A stretch of 52,375 nt of DNA, from NCBI GenBank assembly GCA_039932995.1, contig JBDTOZ010000386.1, forward strand, positions 1-52,375, given 5' to 3'. This stretch comes from Acidobacteriota bacterium (lineage in GTDB: Bacteria; Acidobacteriota; Thermoanaerobaculia; Gp7-AA8). Position numbers and translations under genes: made by a program. Below the pieces are notes generated by a model that was not told the origin of the DNA, did no database searches, and was given only the letters and a program-made list of their open reading frames with translations. This document shows positions 40,027 to 49,231 of this stretch, one piece after another (the stretch's first letter is position 1; every line of letters starts with the position of its first letter).

Positions 40027-41247
40027 TCAGTGCTGGTACTTGTCCCAAAGATCGAGCGTGTTCTTGTGAGTCGGGTTATCCCACTTGAAGCCATTCAGCT
40101 CTTCGTCCAGCTTGAGCGAATTCATCAACTCGTCCGGGAACAGCGCTCTCACTTTCGGGGAGCCGTAGAACGCCTTCTGCGCTTCCGGAACGTCCGGCTG
40201 GTCGAGCTTGATGGCGATGCTGTAGGGCTCCAGCCGTCCGTAGTGATGCGTCGAGTGCTGACCGATGGCGACGGCCGCTTTCGGCATCTTCGGGTAGATG
40301 CCCGGGATGTACTGGTGCAGGTCCATGTCCTGCTTGATCTCGTAAGAGTAGAGGAGGAAGGGGATGATCGGGTTGTAGAACGGGATCGGGAACGCCAGCG
40401 TGCCGCGGAAGAACCCTTCCAGGAAGCCGTTCCCAGCCACCCCAATCAAGGCGCACGGAATGGCGTCGTGATGGGTGCCATGGAGAAAGATGAACTCGAA
40501 CTCCGAGTTATGACCCACCCAGTGATCCCGATAGAACCAGGCGTTCGTAGCCTTCAACCATCGCAGGTGTACGACCAGATTGATCAGGCAGGCGAACGGC
40601 ATGAAGACGAGGGAGTACTTGACGTGAGTCATCACCACATACCACGGAGTGATCAGCACCAGGTGCGTCAACAGGCCGGTCGCGTAGGCGTGCAGGATCT
40701 CCAGCGTGATGTTGGTCTTCGCGTTGATGACCCTCTTCCAGGGCGTCTGCATCAGGACTTCGCGCGCCAGCTCTCTCTTGGCCAGGTGCTTGATGAGAAT
40801 GGTCGTTCTGTACGCAGTGATGATCAGGATATGCGTGTAGAAGAGCACCAGCGCCAGGTTACGCATCCAGTCGACGTGATGAGGAAGGTTCGGCGTGGCC
40901 GCAATCAGCACGTTCTCCAGCAACAGCACCGCAATCGCGACCAGATAGAGCGGGGGAAGGTTCTGGAGCTTGTAGACGAACATGTAGAGCACGTCCTGCG
41001 GCCGCCGCAGAAACAGGGGAACCTTCAGCTCCACCCCGTGCCTCACCGGAAACATGACCAGCATGAAGGCGCAGAGAGCCATCCCCACCCACGCCAGGAC
41101 ATGTCCGAAGCCATACGAAGGCACGATGACGGCTCCCGTCACCAGGATCATCAGCGTGTAGTCGATGAGGTCCTTCCCATAGTAGGTGACTCTTGGTTTA
41201 TGCACGCCGTACAGCTTGTGGAAGACGGCCGGATCGTGTGTGGTCAT
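40027..41247 (-). CDS. Membrane protein with histidine boxes; probable di-iron fatty-acid hydroxylase/sterol-desaturase superfamily enzyme
   Basis: Several hydrophobic segments followed by HWVGH, HGTHH and HSTHH. Confidence 0.7.
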   Translation of the reverse strand: MTTHDPAVFHKLYGVHKPRVTYYGKDLIDYTLMILVTGAVIVPSYGFGHVLAWVGMALCAFMLVMFPVRHGVELKVPLFLRRPQDVLYMFVYKLQNLPPLYLVAIAVLLLENVLIAATPNLPHHVDWMRNLALVLFYTHILIITAYRTTILIKHLAKRELAREVLMQTPWKRVINAKTNITLEILHAYATGLLTHLVLITPWYVVMTHVKYSLVFMPFACLINLVVHLRWLKATNAWFYRDHWVGHNSEFEFIFLHGTHHDAIPCALIGVAGNGFLEGFFRGTLAFPIPFYNPIIPFLLYSYEIKQDMDLHQYIPGIYPKMPKAAVAIGQHSTHHYGRLEPYSIAIKLDQPDVPEAQKAFYGSPKVRALFPDELMNSLKLDEELNGFKWDNPTHKNTLDLWDKYQH

Positions 41248-41283
41248 GACATCCTCTTTGTGACCGGGTCGGAAAGATGTGGA

Positions 41284-42465
41284 TTACGCGGGCAGGGGTC
41301 CGACGGTGGCCAGACCGGAACCGAGGGCAGAGGGGTCGATCAGGATCTTTGCGTGCACCTCGGGATCCCCGAGCGCCGCGAACGCGGCGTCCACGCCTTC
41401 CAGTCCGACGGTGGCCGTGAGCATCGGCCGGGGATCGACCTTGCCGTTGGCCAGCATGTGCAGCATGTCGCGGAACTCCAACGGCGTGTAGGCGCCCACG
41501 AAGCGCAGGTCGATCTCCTTGCGGATGGCCATGGCCGGCATGAACTGGTCCGCGCCCATGGTGAACCCGACCACGACCACCCGTGAGAACAGCGGGGCGG
41601 TCTCGATCACACTCTGCAGCAACCCCGGCGCTCCCACGCATTCGAAGATCACCGGAGGTTTGGGCGCCGCCCCGAGCGTCTCCGCGAGACGCCAGGCGTG
41701 CCACCATCCCACCGGCAGACGGCCGAGCTTCTCCAGTGCGCCGACGGCGAGATTGAGTGCCGCCGGAATGTCTTTGAGGTGGCTCTTGCGGTCCACCGCG
41801 GTGAACAGTGAGCCCTGCGAGGGATCGACGACGACGTCCGCCCCGCAGGCCGTGGCCTTGGCGCGGCGACCGGGTGAGTAGTCGCTGGCCACGACCATTT
41901 TCACGCCTCTCGCTTTCAGCATCAGGATGACGCCCAGTCCGATGGGCCCGCAGCCAATGACGAACGCCACGGCCCCCTTGTCGACTTCTCCCCGCCGAAC
42001 GGCGTGCCATGAAACCGTCAGCGGCTCGGTCATCGCCGCCACCTCGGGTGCGAGGCCATTGGGCACCGGCATCATCAACGGTTCGGACACCAGCATCTGC
42101 TCGGCATAGGCACCGGGAGCGTGCAGGGAGTAGCCGAGCGTGTCCACGCCCTCGCTCCCGCGCAGCAGCGGCAACGCCACCACGTGCTTCCCCGACGGAG
42201 TGCGCCGCCGGCAACCCGGACCATAGTCCATGACCTCGCCGCTGAACTCGTGGCCGAAGACGATGGGCTCGTTCGCGCGACCGAAGCGGTGATAGCCAAC
42301 CCTGGCGGCCATGTCGGCCCAGGTGTCGAGCCCCTTCCGCGCGCTGACGTCGCCGCCACAGATCCCGCATCGAAGAACCTTGATGCGCACCTGTCCGGGA
42401 CCGGGAACGGGATCGGGCCGGTCGTCGACCGCGAACTGTGCATTCCTGCAAACGAGCGCCTTCAT
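41284..42465 (-). CDS. Zinc-binding medium-chain alcohol dehydrogenase
   Basis: MKALVC, CGICGGD, FGHEFSG, TEPL, IGCGPIG, FECVG. Confidence 0.9.
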   Translation of the reverse strand: MKALVCRNAQFAVDDRPDPVPGPGQVRIKVLRCGICGGDVSARKGLDTWADMAARVGYHRFGRANEPIVFGHEFSGEVMDYGPGCRRRTPSGKHVVALPLLRGSEGVDTLGYSLHAPGAYAEQMLVSEPLMMPVPNGLAPEVAAMTEPLTVSWHAVRRGEVDKGAVAFVIGCGPIGLGVILMLKARGVKMVVASDYSPGRRAKATACGADVVVDPSQGSLFTAVDRKSHLKDIPAALNLAVGALEKLGRLPVGWWHAWRLAETLGAAPKPPVIFECVGAPGLLQSVIETAPLFSRVVVVGFTMGADQFMPAMAIRKEIDLRFVGAYTPLEFRDMLHMLANGKVDPRPMLTATVGLEGVDAAFAALGDPEVHAKILIDPSALGSGLATVGPLPA

Positions 42466-42583
42466 GGGCGTGCCCCGCTCTCTGGACCGGCGTGGCATCC
42501 GACCGCATCAGGGCCGGGATTGAGCATGGTCTGCTTCATGAGATTCCTCACGTCACAATGATTTGGATAAACTTCGATGACGG

Positions 42584-43834
42584 CTACTTCAAGAGGATGC
42601 GTTCCTGATCCTGCCATTCGCCGATCTCCGAGGTGATGATGCGGTCGCCGGCACGCAGCCCCTCGAGGACCTGCAGATAGTTCAGCGATACCTTGCCGGT
42701 GCGGACGGGGACTTTCGTCGCATAGTTGCCGCTCGGATCGAGCTTGTACACGGTCATGGAAGCGTCGTTCTTGACGTACGCGGGCTTGCCCACATACAGG
42801 GTGTTCTTCAGTTGGCTGATGTAGATCGTTCCCTCGACAGGCAGTTGCGGACGGGCGCCCGCGGGCAGCGCGCCTTGCAGCGCCACATCCACGACCACAG
42901 TGCCGTCCGTGACGCCGGGATCGACCCGGGTCACGATCCCGTTCACGATTCCATTACGAGTGTCGATGATCGCCGATTGCCCGGCCTGTACCTGGGTGGC
43001 CTCGCGCGCCGGCACCTTCAGCTCCGCATAGAGCGCGTCCTGCTGCGCAATGCGGCCGATCGGACTGCCCGGTTGCAGTTGTTGTCCCACCTCGACGTTG
43101 ATGGCCTGCACCACGCCGCGGATGTCCGCGATCACTTTCAAGTCGCCTGCCTGGGCGCGGGCCCGATCCAGTGCACGCGCGAGCTGGGTCACCCGCGACC
43201 TTCTGACGGCCAATTGCACCTGAATGTTGTCGCGGAGTTTCTTGAGGCGGCTCGCTTCAATGGCGTACGTCTGCGTCAATGAGCTCAAATCGATCTGCGA
43301 GCGCTTCAATTCGATTCCTGAGATCAAACCGGCCCGGGAAAGGGCCTCATCGGCCTCGGCCTTCGCTTTCGCTTTCTCACCATTGAATTGAACCTGTGTG
43401 AGTACGACTTCCTGGTTCAACACATTGGTTTGCAGCTCCGCCTCGGAGGCCTGCAGTTCGGCCACCGCCCCTTCCCAGGCCGACTGGGCTTCCTCCGCGC
43501 TGGCGATGAGCTGAGGATTGGCCAGCTCCACCAGCACTTGCCCGGGCTCCACGAGCGCTCCCGGCTTGATGTCGGCCCGGGCTACCCGCCCCGGCACCCG
43601 GGCCGCCAGTTGCTCGATGTGTCGGGAGAGCAATTGACCATTGGCTCCGACCTTGATCTCCATCGCGCCCTGCTGGACGGTCTCGATGCTCAGCGTCGAG
43701 CGATCGACCCGTTGCGTGCTGAAGTCGATGCTGGCCAGCACCACCCCTCCACCGATCAGGGCAATGACCACGGCGGAGATGAGAACGACACGCTTGATGC
43801 GGACAGTTTTGGATTTTGGAATCGTGCGATCCAT
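42584..43834 (-). CDS. HlyD/MacA-family periplasmic adaptor (membrane fusion protein)
   Basis: N-terminal TM segment, lipoyl half-motifs (PGALVEPGQVLVEL, VGQQLQPG), coiled coil, EGLRAGDRII. Confidence 0.9.
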   Translation of the reverse strand: MDRTIPKSKTVRIKRVVLISAVVIALIGGGVVLASIDFSTQRVDRSTLSIETVQQGAMEIKVGANGQLLSRHIEQLAARVPGRVARADIKPGALVEPGQVLVELANPQLIASAEEAQSAWEGAVAELQASEAELQTNVLNQEVVLTQVQFNGEKAKAKAEADEALSRAGLISGIELKRSQIDLSSLTQTYAIEASRLKKLRDNIQVQLAVRRSRVTQLARALDRARAQAGDLKVIADIRGVVQAINVEVGQQLQPGSPIGRIAQQDALYAELKVPAREATQVQAGQSAIIDTRNGIVNGIVTRVDPGVTDGTVVVDVALQGALPAGARPQLPVEGTIYISQLKNTLYVGKPAYVKNDASMTVYKLDPSGNYATKVPVRTGKVSLNYLQVLEGLRAGDRIITSEIGEWQDQERILLK

Positions 43835-44362
43835 GGGCGGTTACCGGTGGGTTCTGTTCGTTGATTGGACGACGACAGCGTGCAGCACTGGCACGCTCAC
43901 GGGGGTTTCAGGATGGGCCACGAAATGGAAGGGTGACGGAGCAGCGAGGCCCGCTCCCCGTTCTTCGCGGGGTTCTGAGCAAGGCCCCGCCCCTCTCGTG
44001 TGGCGATTTCGCCTCACGACCATCCCGTTGCGGAGAGACTTGGTTGCTTTCGGTAGCGCTTCGCCCCGTCGGTTACAGGGAACCGTCAGGGCAAACCACG
44101 GACAGGAAAAGCGATGCCACGCCGTTCGGACTTCGTTGGGTAACCGAAAATTGGATCGACGGCACTTTCACAGAATCCCGGCAGTATGTCAATATGGATT
44201 CGTCATGAGATGGAAACAGTGCGTGACGGAAGTTACGCGTGATGGAAACGTCGCTTCGTCAAACGGTGAAGGCGGCAAATCGCACTTTTTGGGGCGATCC
44301 CGGGGGAAGAGGAAATGCCGGGCGCTGTCGTCGCGACGCGCCCCGTCCGCGGAGGAATCGGC
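43835..44362 (-). promoter_or_regulatory. Long intergenic / putative 5' leader of the biosynthetic operon, with short hairpins
   Basis: ~530 bp with no convincing gene, between the NusG paralog and the first operon gene. Inverted repeats at 43996-44019 and 44070-44085; AT-richer stretch near 44140-44230. Confidence 0.4.
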
Positions 44363-44944
44363 TCAGACCTTGCGAGGTCCGGACCCGGCCTCGCTCGATT
44401 TCACCTGCGCTAAAAGCTCGCGCGGAAACTCCACGGCCACCGACTTTCGCAGAATCGACACCGAGACGATCAGGCGCATCGCGCCCCGCTCCTTGATGAC
44501 GATTCCGGAGTAGCCGCTGAATGCTCCCTCGGTGATGAGCACCGCGTCGCCGGGTGCCAGCTCGATGCGCGGAGTGAGCACGGCGCCGCTGACCTGGAGC
44601 TGCCGAATCTGCAGCAGCTCGCCCGCGAGCTGTGCCTGATCCGGAACCTGGATCATGCTGACCACGGCGCTGGTCCGCCACAGCGTCTGCCGGAGTCCCT
44701 CCACACGGCGGAGGAAGATGTAGCCGGGAAAAAGAGGCAAGTGAGAGACGAACGTCCGGCCGGAACGACGGCTCTTCTGCTCGATCTGCGGGAGATAGAA
44801 CGGCTTTTCGCCGTCGAGGAGCAGGCGGGCGACGGCCTTCTCCTGCCGGCTACGCAGGTGCGCGATCTCCCACGGCGCATCCACCGTGGGCAGGTCGAAC
44901 AGCTCGGCCGGGAAGATGTCGCTCTCTTTTCGCAGGATCGGCAT
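44363..44944 (-). CDS. NusG-paralog transcription antiterminator (RfaH/UpxY/LoaP/TaA-like)
   Basis: NGN domain (RSRQEKAVA, LPLFPGYIF) and KOW domain (PGDAVLITEGAFSGYSG, VSVSILRKSVAVE). Confidence 0.88.
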   Translation of the reverse strand: MPILRKESDIFPAELFDLPTVDAPWEIAHLRSRQEKAVARLLLDGEKPFYLPQIEQKSRRSGRTFVSHLPLFPGYIFLRRVEGLRQTLWRTSAVVSMIQVPDQAQLAGELLQIRQLQVSGAVLTPRIELAPGDAVLITEGAFSGYSGIVIKERGAMRLIVSVSILRKSVAVEFPRELLAQVKSSEAGSGPRKV

Positions 44945-45139
44945 CGCGGCGAGTATATGCGTGATGAATCCTCCCGTTCCAACTCGCCGGCACCCTTTCT
45001 GATAACACTCTGAGAGTGAGCGAGATCATGAGCACCGAATCGATCTGCGAGGACCGGGCACGGAGGACCTCTCCGCGACCGGTCCCGCGAGGGGAAGAGG
45101 ACGGGTCGCGCCGGCAGTCGAGACTCCGGCGCGGCCGCG

Positions 45140-46516
45140 TCAAAGGTCTTCGTCCTCTCGCGGTGCGGGAGGCGGAGGAGGTCCGGGCGTGGGGTCCGGG
45201 CCGGGCATGAAATCCGTCAGAATCACGGGCTTCAACGCCGCGATCTGGGCCTTGACCTTCCCCTGCGTCAGATAAACGTTGGACCAGCGGTGAATGTAGG
45301 AAACGCCGTTGTTGAGAGCGACCAGGCCATACATCTCGGGATGGTCCTGCGCCCTGTAGTGCGCGTCCGAATCACAAATGACGGCAACCGGTGCCTCGCC
45401 GACGGTATGAGCTCCCGCCGCGTCGATGGGGCGGTTGTAGAACGCGTCGATGGCCTCCTGCGTCTTCTCGCGGACGGTGGTCCGATCGAGGGCGGGCTGA
45501 GGCCGCGAGGCCATGCCACTCACCCCGGAATCTCCGCCCCACAGGCTCCCGTGGAACTGGTACGCGTCGATGAGCGGAGAGCTGCGAACCCGGCCCGCGC
45601 CGTCGAGCAGTAGCGGCTTGAGGATGCTGCCGCCGGAGCGGGTGTGCGACAGCAGTTCCTCGGGCGCATTGATCGTCACCAGGTGCGAGCGCACATTCGT
45701 CCTCGGATCCCGGATCTTCGCGTCGACCCAATTCGCCACGGTGGTGAACCAGTTCGCCACCTGCAGTTCGCCGAGGTTCGGGTTCGGCTCGTTGAAGAGC
45801 TCGAACATGACGTTCCAGTACGGCTTGGCCGCGTTGACGACCGAGTCCACCACCAGCTTCTCGGCGGCGGCCAGGGCCGGGGAAGCCCCCAGCTTGCAGA
45901 ACGTACCGACGCCGTTCGCCTCGTCGATGAAACCATTGATGTTGTTCCTGAAGCCTCCCATGTCGGGCTTGGCACTAAAATTAAACGGATTCGCATCCCA
46001 GTCACCCCCGCCGGGGTTGTCACGCAGCATCTGGATGCTGGCGAACGAGATCTGCACGACGATCCCCTTTCGCCGCGCCAGCTCCAGGTAACGCGTCAGC
46101 CGGGCCATGTACACGCCACTCCGGAGCGTGAGGTCGTACCTTCCCCTCCGGTCCGCGGGCGCCGTCGGGCCGTATCGGAAGACCGGATACTGCCGGCAGA
46201 ACACTTCGGGGAAACAGAAGATGCGCGAATGGCTGATGGAGTGCTCCGCCAGGAAGGCCATCCACTGGCCATACGTCATGACGATGTTCTCACTGGCGTC
46301 GTGCGACAGCGCCGACCTCCAATTCTCGTTCGGAGGATCGGTGTCGGGCATCAGCTCCACGAACTTCGCGGGCGGTCGCGTGAGCAGCCCGCCGACCTCC
46401 CCGTAGAAACTGAACCCGGCAAGCCTGACCTCCCGCTGCGCCCCATCGCGATCGATCCAGATCTTGTACCGCGGCCTCCCACTCCCGTTCGACTTCACGA
46501 ACAAACGAGTCGCCAT
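45140..46516 (-). CDS. Hypothetical protein, possible GH-A clan (GH5-like) TIM barrel with Pro-rich C-tail
   Basis: 458 aa, RBS GGAGG. LELARRKGIVVQI, NVMFELFNEP, DAYQFHG resemble GH5-type motifs. Confidence 0.6.
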   Translation of the reverse strand: MATRLFVKSNGSGRPRYKIWIDRDGAQREVRLAGFSFYGEVGGLLTRPPAKFVELMPDTDPPNENWRSALSHDASENIVMTYGQWMAFLAEHSISHSRIFCFPEVFCRQYPVFRYGPTAPADRRGRYDLTLRSGVYMARLTRYLELARRKGIVVQISFASIQMLRDNPGGGDWDANPFNFSAKPDMGGFRNNINGFIDEANGVGTFCKLGASPALAAAEKLVVDSVVNAAKPYWNVMFELFNEPNPNLGELQVANWFTTVANWVDAKIRDPRTNVRSHLVTINAPEELLSHTRSGGSILKPLLLDGAGRVRSSPLIDAYQFHGSLWGGDSGVSGMASRPQPALDRTTVREKTQEAIDAFYNRPIDAAGAHTVGEAPVAVICDSDAHYRAQDHPEMYGLVALNNGVSYIHRWSNVYLTQGKVKAQIAALKPVILTDFMPGPDPTPGPPPPPAPREDEDL

Positions 46517-46687
46517 TGCGTATCCCTCCGAAGAGGAGAGACTCGAGTCGGCAGTTCCCTACCCGCGAGCGCATTCGAGACCGCCTCCCCTCGCGAGAGT
46601 CGCGGTCGTGCTTCTCGCGACAGCCGTCTCCACTCCCCGCGGAAACGGCGAGCCTGTAACATACGCCGCAGTCATGAGGAGCCAGTC

Positions 46688-47011
46688 CTGATCGCCGGTC
46701 CCGTCATCATCGCCGTGCTGCTCGTCGTGCTCCTGATCGCGGCGATCCGCACCTATTCGAAGCGTGCGGCCGAGCATCGCGCCGCCCACGACGCCAGGCT
46801 CCGCGCCATGGCGCAGATTCAACTGGCGACGGCCCGGAAGAAGAAGGCCGCGGATGAGGCCGCGGCGAAAGCCGCCCCGGCGCCGGTCCTCGAGACTCCG
46901 GCCATTCCGCCCGTGCGCGAAGAGCGCGACTGCCCTTTCTGCGCGGAGCCGATCCTGAAGAAAGCCAAAGTCTGCAAGCACTGCGGCCGCGACGTGGACG
47001 CCCTCGCGTAG
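46688..47011 (+). CDS. Small membrane-anchored zinc-ribbon protein
   Basis: C-terminal part of ORF 45644..47011: TM segment (VIIAVLLVVLLIAAI), Ala/Lys-rich linker, CPFCAEPILKKAKVCKHCG. Start uncertain (CTG 46688 after GAGGAG). Confidence 0.7.
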   Translation: MIAGPVIIAVLLVVLLIAAIRTYSKRAAEHRAAHDARLRAMAQIQLATARKKKAADEAAAKAAPAPVLETPAIPPVREERDCPFCAEPILKKAKVCKHCGRDVDALA

Positions 47012-47128
47012 AGAGCTGTCTCGCTGCCCGCCGTTCCATGCAAACCGGAGCGCCGCTCAGGAGTCGTGAAAACGCGACGCCGATTGGACGGCCCGTCACC
47101 AGGCCGTCCTTCCTCACTGCCCGGGAGC

Positions 47129-47350
47129 TCAGGCCTGCCGGCCGGCTTCCAGCATGACGATCACTCTCAGTTCGTTGGCGTCCTCAGGATCGCGCAGAAC
47201 GGAGACGATGCGTTCATAACCCTTCTTGTTGAAGATCGTCTCGGCTGCGTCCGCGGTGAGTGTCTCCATCGACACGTCACTGGCTTTGCGGACCTCGCCG
47301 GTTTTGCGGACCTTCGCGGTGCTGACCTTCGCCTTACTTTTCGTGGCCAT
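47129..47350 (-). CDS. Small hypothetical protein (73 aa, basic N-terminus)
   Basis: Strong RBS AGGAGG; overlaps the 3' end of the phosphatase gene, so it is probably co-transcribed. Confidence 0.6.
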   Translation of the reverse strand: MATKSKAKVSTAKVRKTGEVRKASDVSMETLTADAAETIFNKKGYERIVSVLRDPEDANELRVIVMLEAGRQA

Positions 47351-47978
47351 TCACGACCTCCTGTCGAGAGAATACTGAAAAGGGAAGACGTCCTTCAAGA
47401 GTCGGCGTAAGCCCCATGCCGGATTGCATCATCCGCACCACGACCGCTTCCGCCCCACGTGGGACGCCCGCCTCGTAGGGAAGCGCGAACGCAGAAAACG
47501 ACCCGACCAGCGAGGCGATCCAGTCGCCGTGGGTCAGCAGCACGATCGGCCGTGCGTCCCGGGCCCTCGAAGCAATCTGGCGCAGGTACGCGCGGGCACG
47601 GCGGCCGAGGTGCTCGGCAGTTTCGCCTCCGGGAGGCGCATAGCGAAACGAGGGCACGCGCGCGCGTGCGGCATCGCGACGGAACCGATCGCGACCCCTT
47701 CCTGCCAGCAGGCGATTGTCGCCCGGGAGCAGCTCGGTGGCGAAACGGACGGAGAGCGCCTCGGAGGACTGCCCGTGAACCACGTCCAGCGTCTCTCTAC
47801 ATCTCGCCATCGGACTGGAAAGGACCACCTGCGGCCGAAGCGTGGCCAGCAGCGGCGCAATCGCCTCAGCTTCGAGCAGGCCGCGATCGCTGAGGCTGCC
47901 ACCCAGATAACGACCCTGGTGCACGCCCTGCTCGTTCTCCACGGTGGTGCCATGGCGCAACAGCACGATGGACAGCAT
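47334..47978 (-). CDS. Histidine phosphatase (phosphoglycerate mutase-like) family protein
   Basis: LLRHG, SSPMARCRET, PPGGET, LLTHG. Confidence 0.88.
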   Translation of the reverse strand: MLSIVLLRHGTTVENEQGVHQGRYLGGSLSDRGLLEAEAIAPLLATLRPQVVLSSPMARCRETLDVVHGQSSEALSVRFATELLPGDNRLLAGRGRDRFRRDAARARVPSFRYAPPGGETAEHLGRRARAYLRQIASRARDARPIVLLTHGDWIASLVGSFSAFALPYEAGVPRGAEAVVVRMMQSGMGLTPTLEGRLPFSVFSRQEVVNGHEK

Positions 47979-48127
47979 GGCCACATGATACTGCAGGACG
48001 TAGGGTTGAATCTCCCTCCACACTCGCATATCCTCGCCCGCGGTCCCATGCCCCTCTTTCCATCATGGAAGCATGAGCTGCGTTCGGACGCCGCGATCCG
48101 ATCGGCTTCGCCGGGGCTCCACCGCGC

Positions 48128-49231
48128 GTGACGACCGTCGTGATCGGAGTCTGCGGAATTGGATTCGGGCACTCCGTGCGCGAGGCTGCATTAGCGTCTC
48201 ATCTGCGGTCCCGCGGCCATGACGTCTGCATCATCACCACACCGCAGCGTGAGCCTTTCTTCTCCGCAATGGAGTTTCCGGTTCTGGCGATGGATCTCCC
48301 CATCGTCTATGCGCGGCCGGGAGGACTGGCATTATGGCGATCATTCGCCGGAACCTTGCCCTCACTCCCGCGCATGTTGCACAGATTCCGGCAGGTCCGG
48401 CGCGAACTGCAGCGAAGGAACGCTCGCGTTTTCATCAGTGACTATGAGCCGGCCACGGCGCGGCTGGCCTATGCGCTCGACAAACCCCTGATCCTCGTCG
48501 ACCAGCAGAGTAAATACCGTCATTTCGACTTTCCGCCAATCGGCGAGCTCGATCAGGCCGGTGAACGGGAGCGGCTGCGACTGTTCTTCCCGCGCTTTGC
48601 GCACAATTTCATTCTGTCGTTTTTCCCACTTCCCTCCCATGCCATACCCTCGATCACAGTGCTGGCTCCACTCGTTCCGCAGGAACTGATCGCACAGCGC
48701 TCCATCCAACAGGGACCAAAGTCTCTCGTTCTGGTCTATCTGTCGGAACATCTCGGGATGGTCAGCAGTCTGGGTCACATTGACCTGCTGGCCACGGCCT
48801 TTCCTCATCTGGAGTTTCGCCTCTATACGTCGTCAGAGAAGCTGGCCTCGAACTCCGGCGCCACCTCAGCTCCGAACGTGACCCGTTCCCGCTTTTCCCG
48901 AGCGAAATTTCTGGCCGACCTCCCGAACGCCCTGGTCCTGATCAGCAATGCAGGCCACAACCTGATCTCCGAGGCCATCGCTGCCCAGATCCCGATGTAC
49001 CTGATCCCCCTCCCCACCTTCGACCAACATCTCTGCGCGTCACGGGTCCAGAGTGCCAGCCTCGGGCTCGTCAGCGAGGCCCCGTCCGTGACCTCACTCG
49101 GCACGCTGCTCGAGAATGCCGACGCCTATCGCAGGCGAATTCGCGATTACGCGCAAAACTGCCTGCCGCAAGGCGATTCCCTGGCCTGCATCACTCGGGA
49201 GGTCGAGCGGCAGGCGGCGGAGTGCGCATGA
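48128..49231 (+). CDS. GT-B glycosyltransferase (MJ1255/GT28-like)
   Basis: GVCGIGFGHSVR, FISDYEP, ISNAGHNLISEAI, PLPTFDQ. Confidence 0.85.
   Translation: MTTVVIGVCGIGFGHSVREAALASHLRSRGHDVCIITTPQREPFFSAMEFPVLAMDLPIVYARPGGLALWRSFAGTLPSLPRMLHRFRQVRRELQRRNARVFISDYEPATARLAYALDKPLILVDQQSKYRHFDFPPIGELDQAGERERLRLFFPRFAHNFILSFFPLPSHAIPSITVLAPLVPQELIAQRSIQQGPKSLVLVYLSEHLGMVSSLGHIDLLATAFPHLEFRLYTSSEKLASNSGATSAPNVTRSRFSRAKFLADLPNALVLISNAGHNLISEAIAAQIPMYLIPLPTFDQHLCASRVQSASLGLVSEAPSVTSLGTLLENADAYRRRIRDYAQNCLPQGDSLACITREVERQAAECA

Noticed and set aside
44051-44060. ops-like CGGTAGCG near the NusG paralog
   Set aside because: It is on the strand opposite to the operon's transcription and is only a partial match to GGCGGTAG.
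44089-44125. GGGCAAACC, reminiscent of a c-di-GMP-I riboswitch
   Set aside because: Wrong strand for the operon and lacks the following GNRA stem and ACGCAAAG elements.
45644-46687. N-terminal ~350 aa of ORF 45644..47011
   Set aside because: Antisense to the better-supported 45140..46516 gene; only the C-terminal part looks like a real protein.
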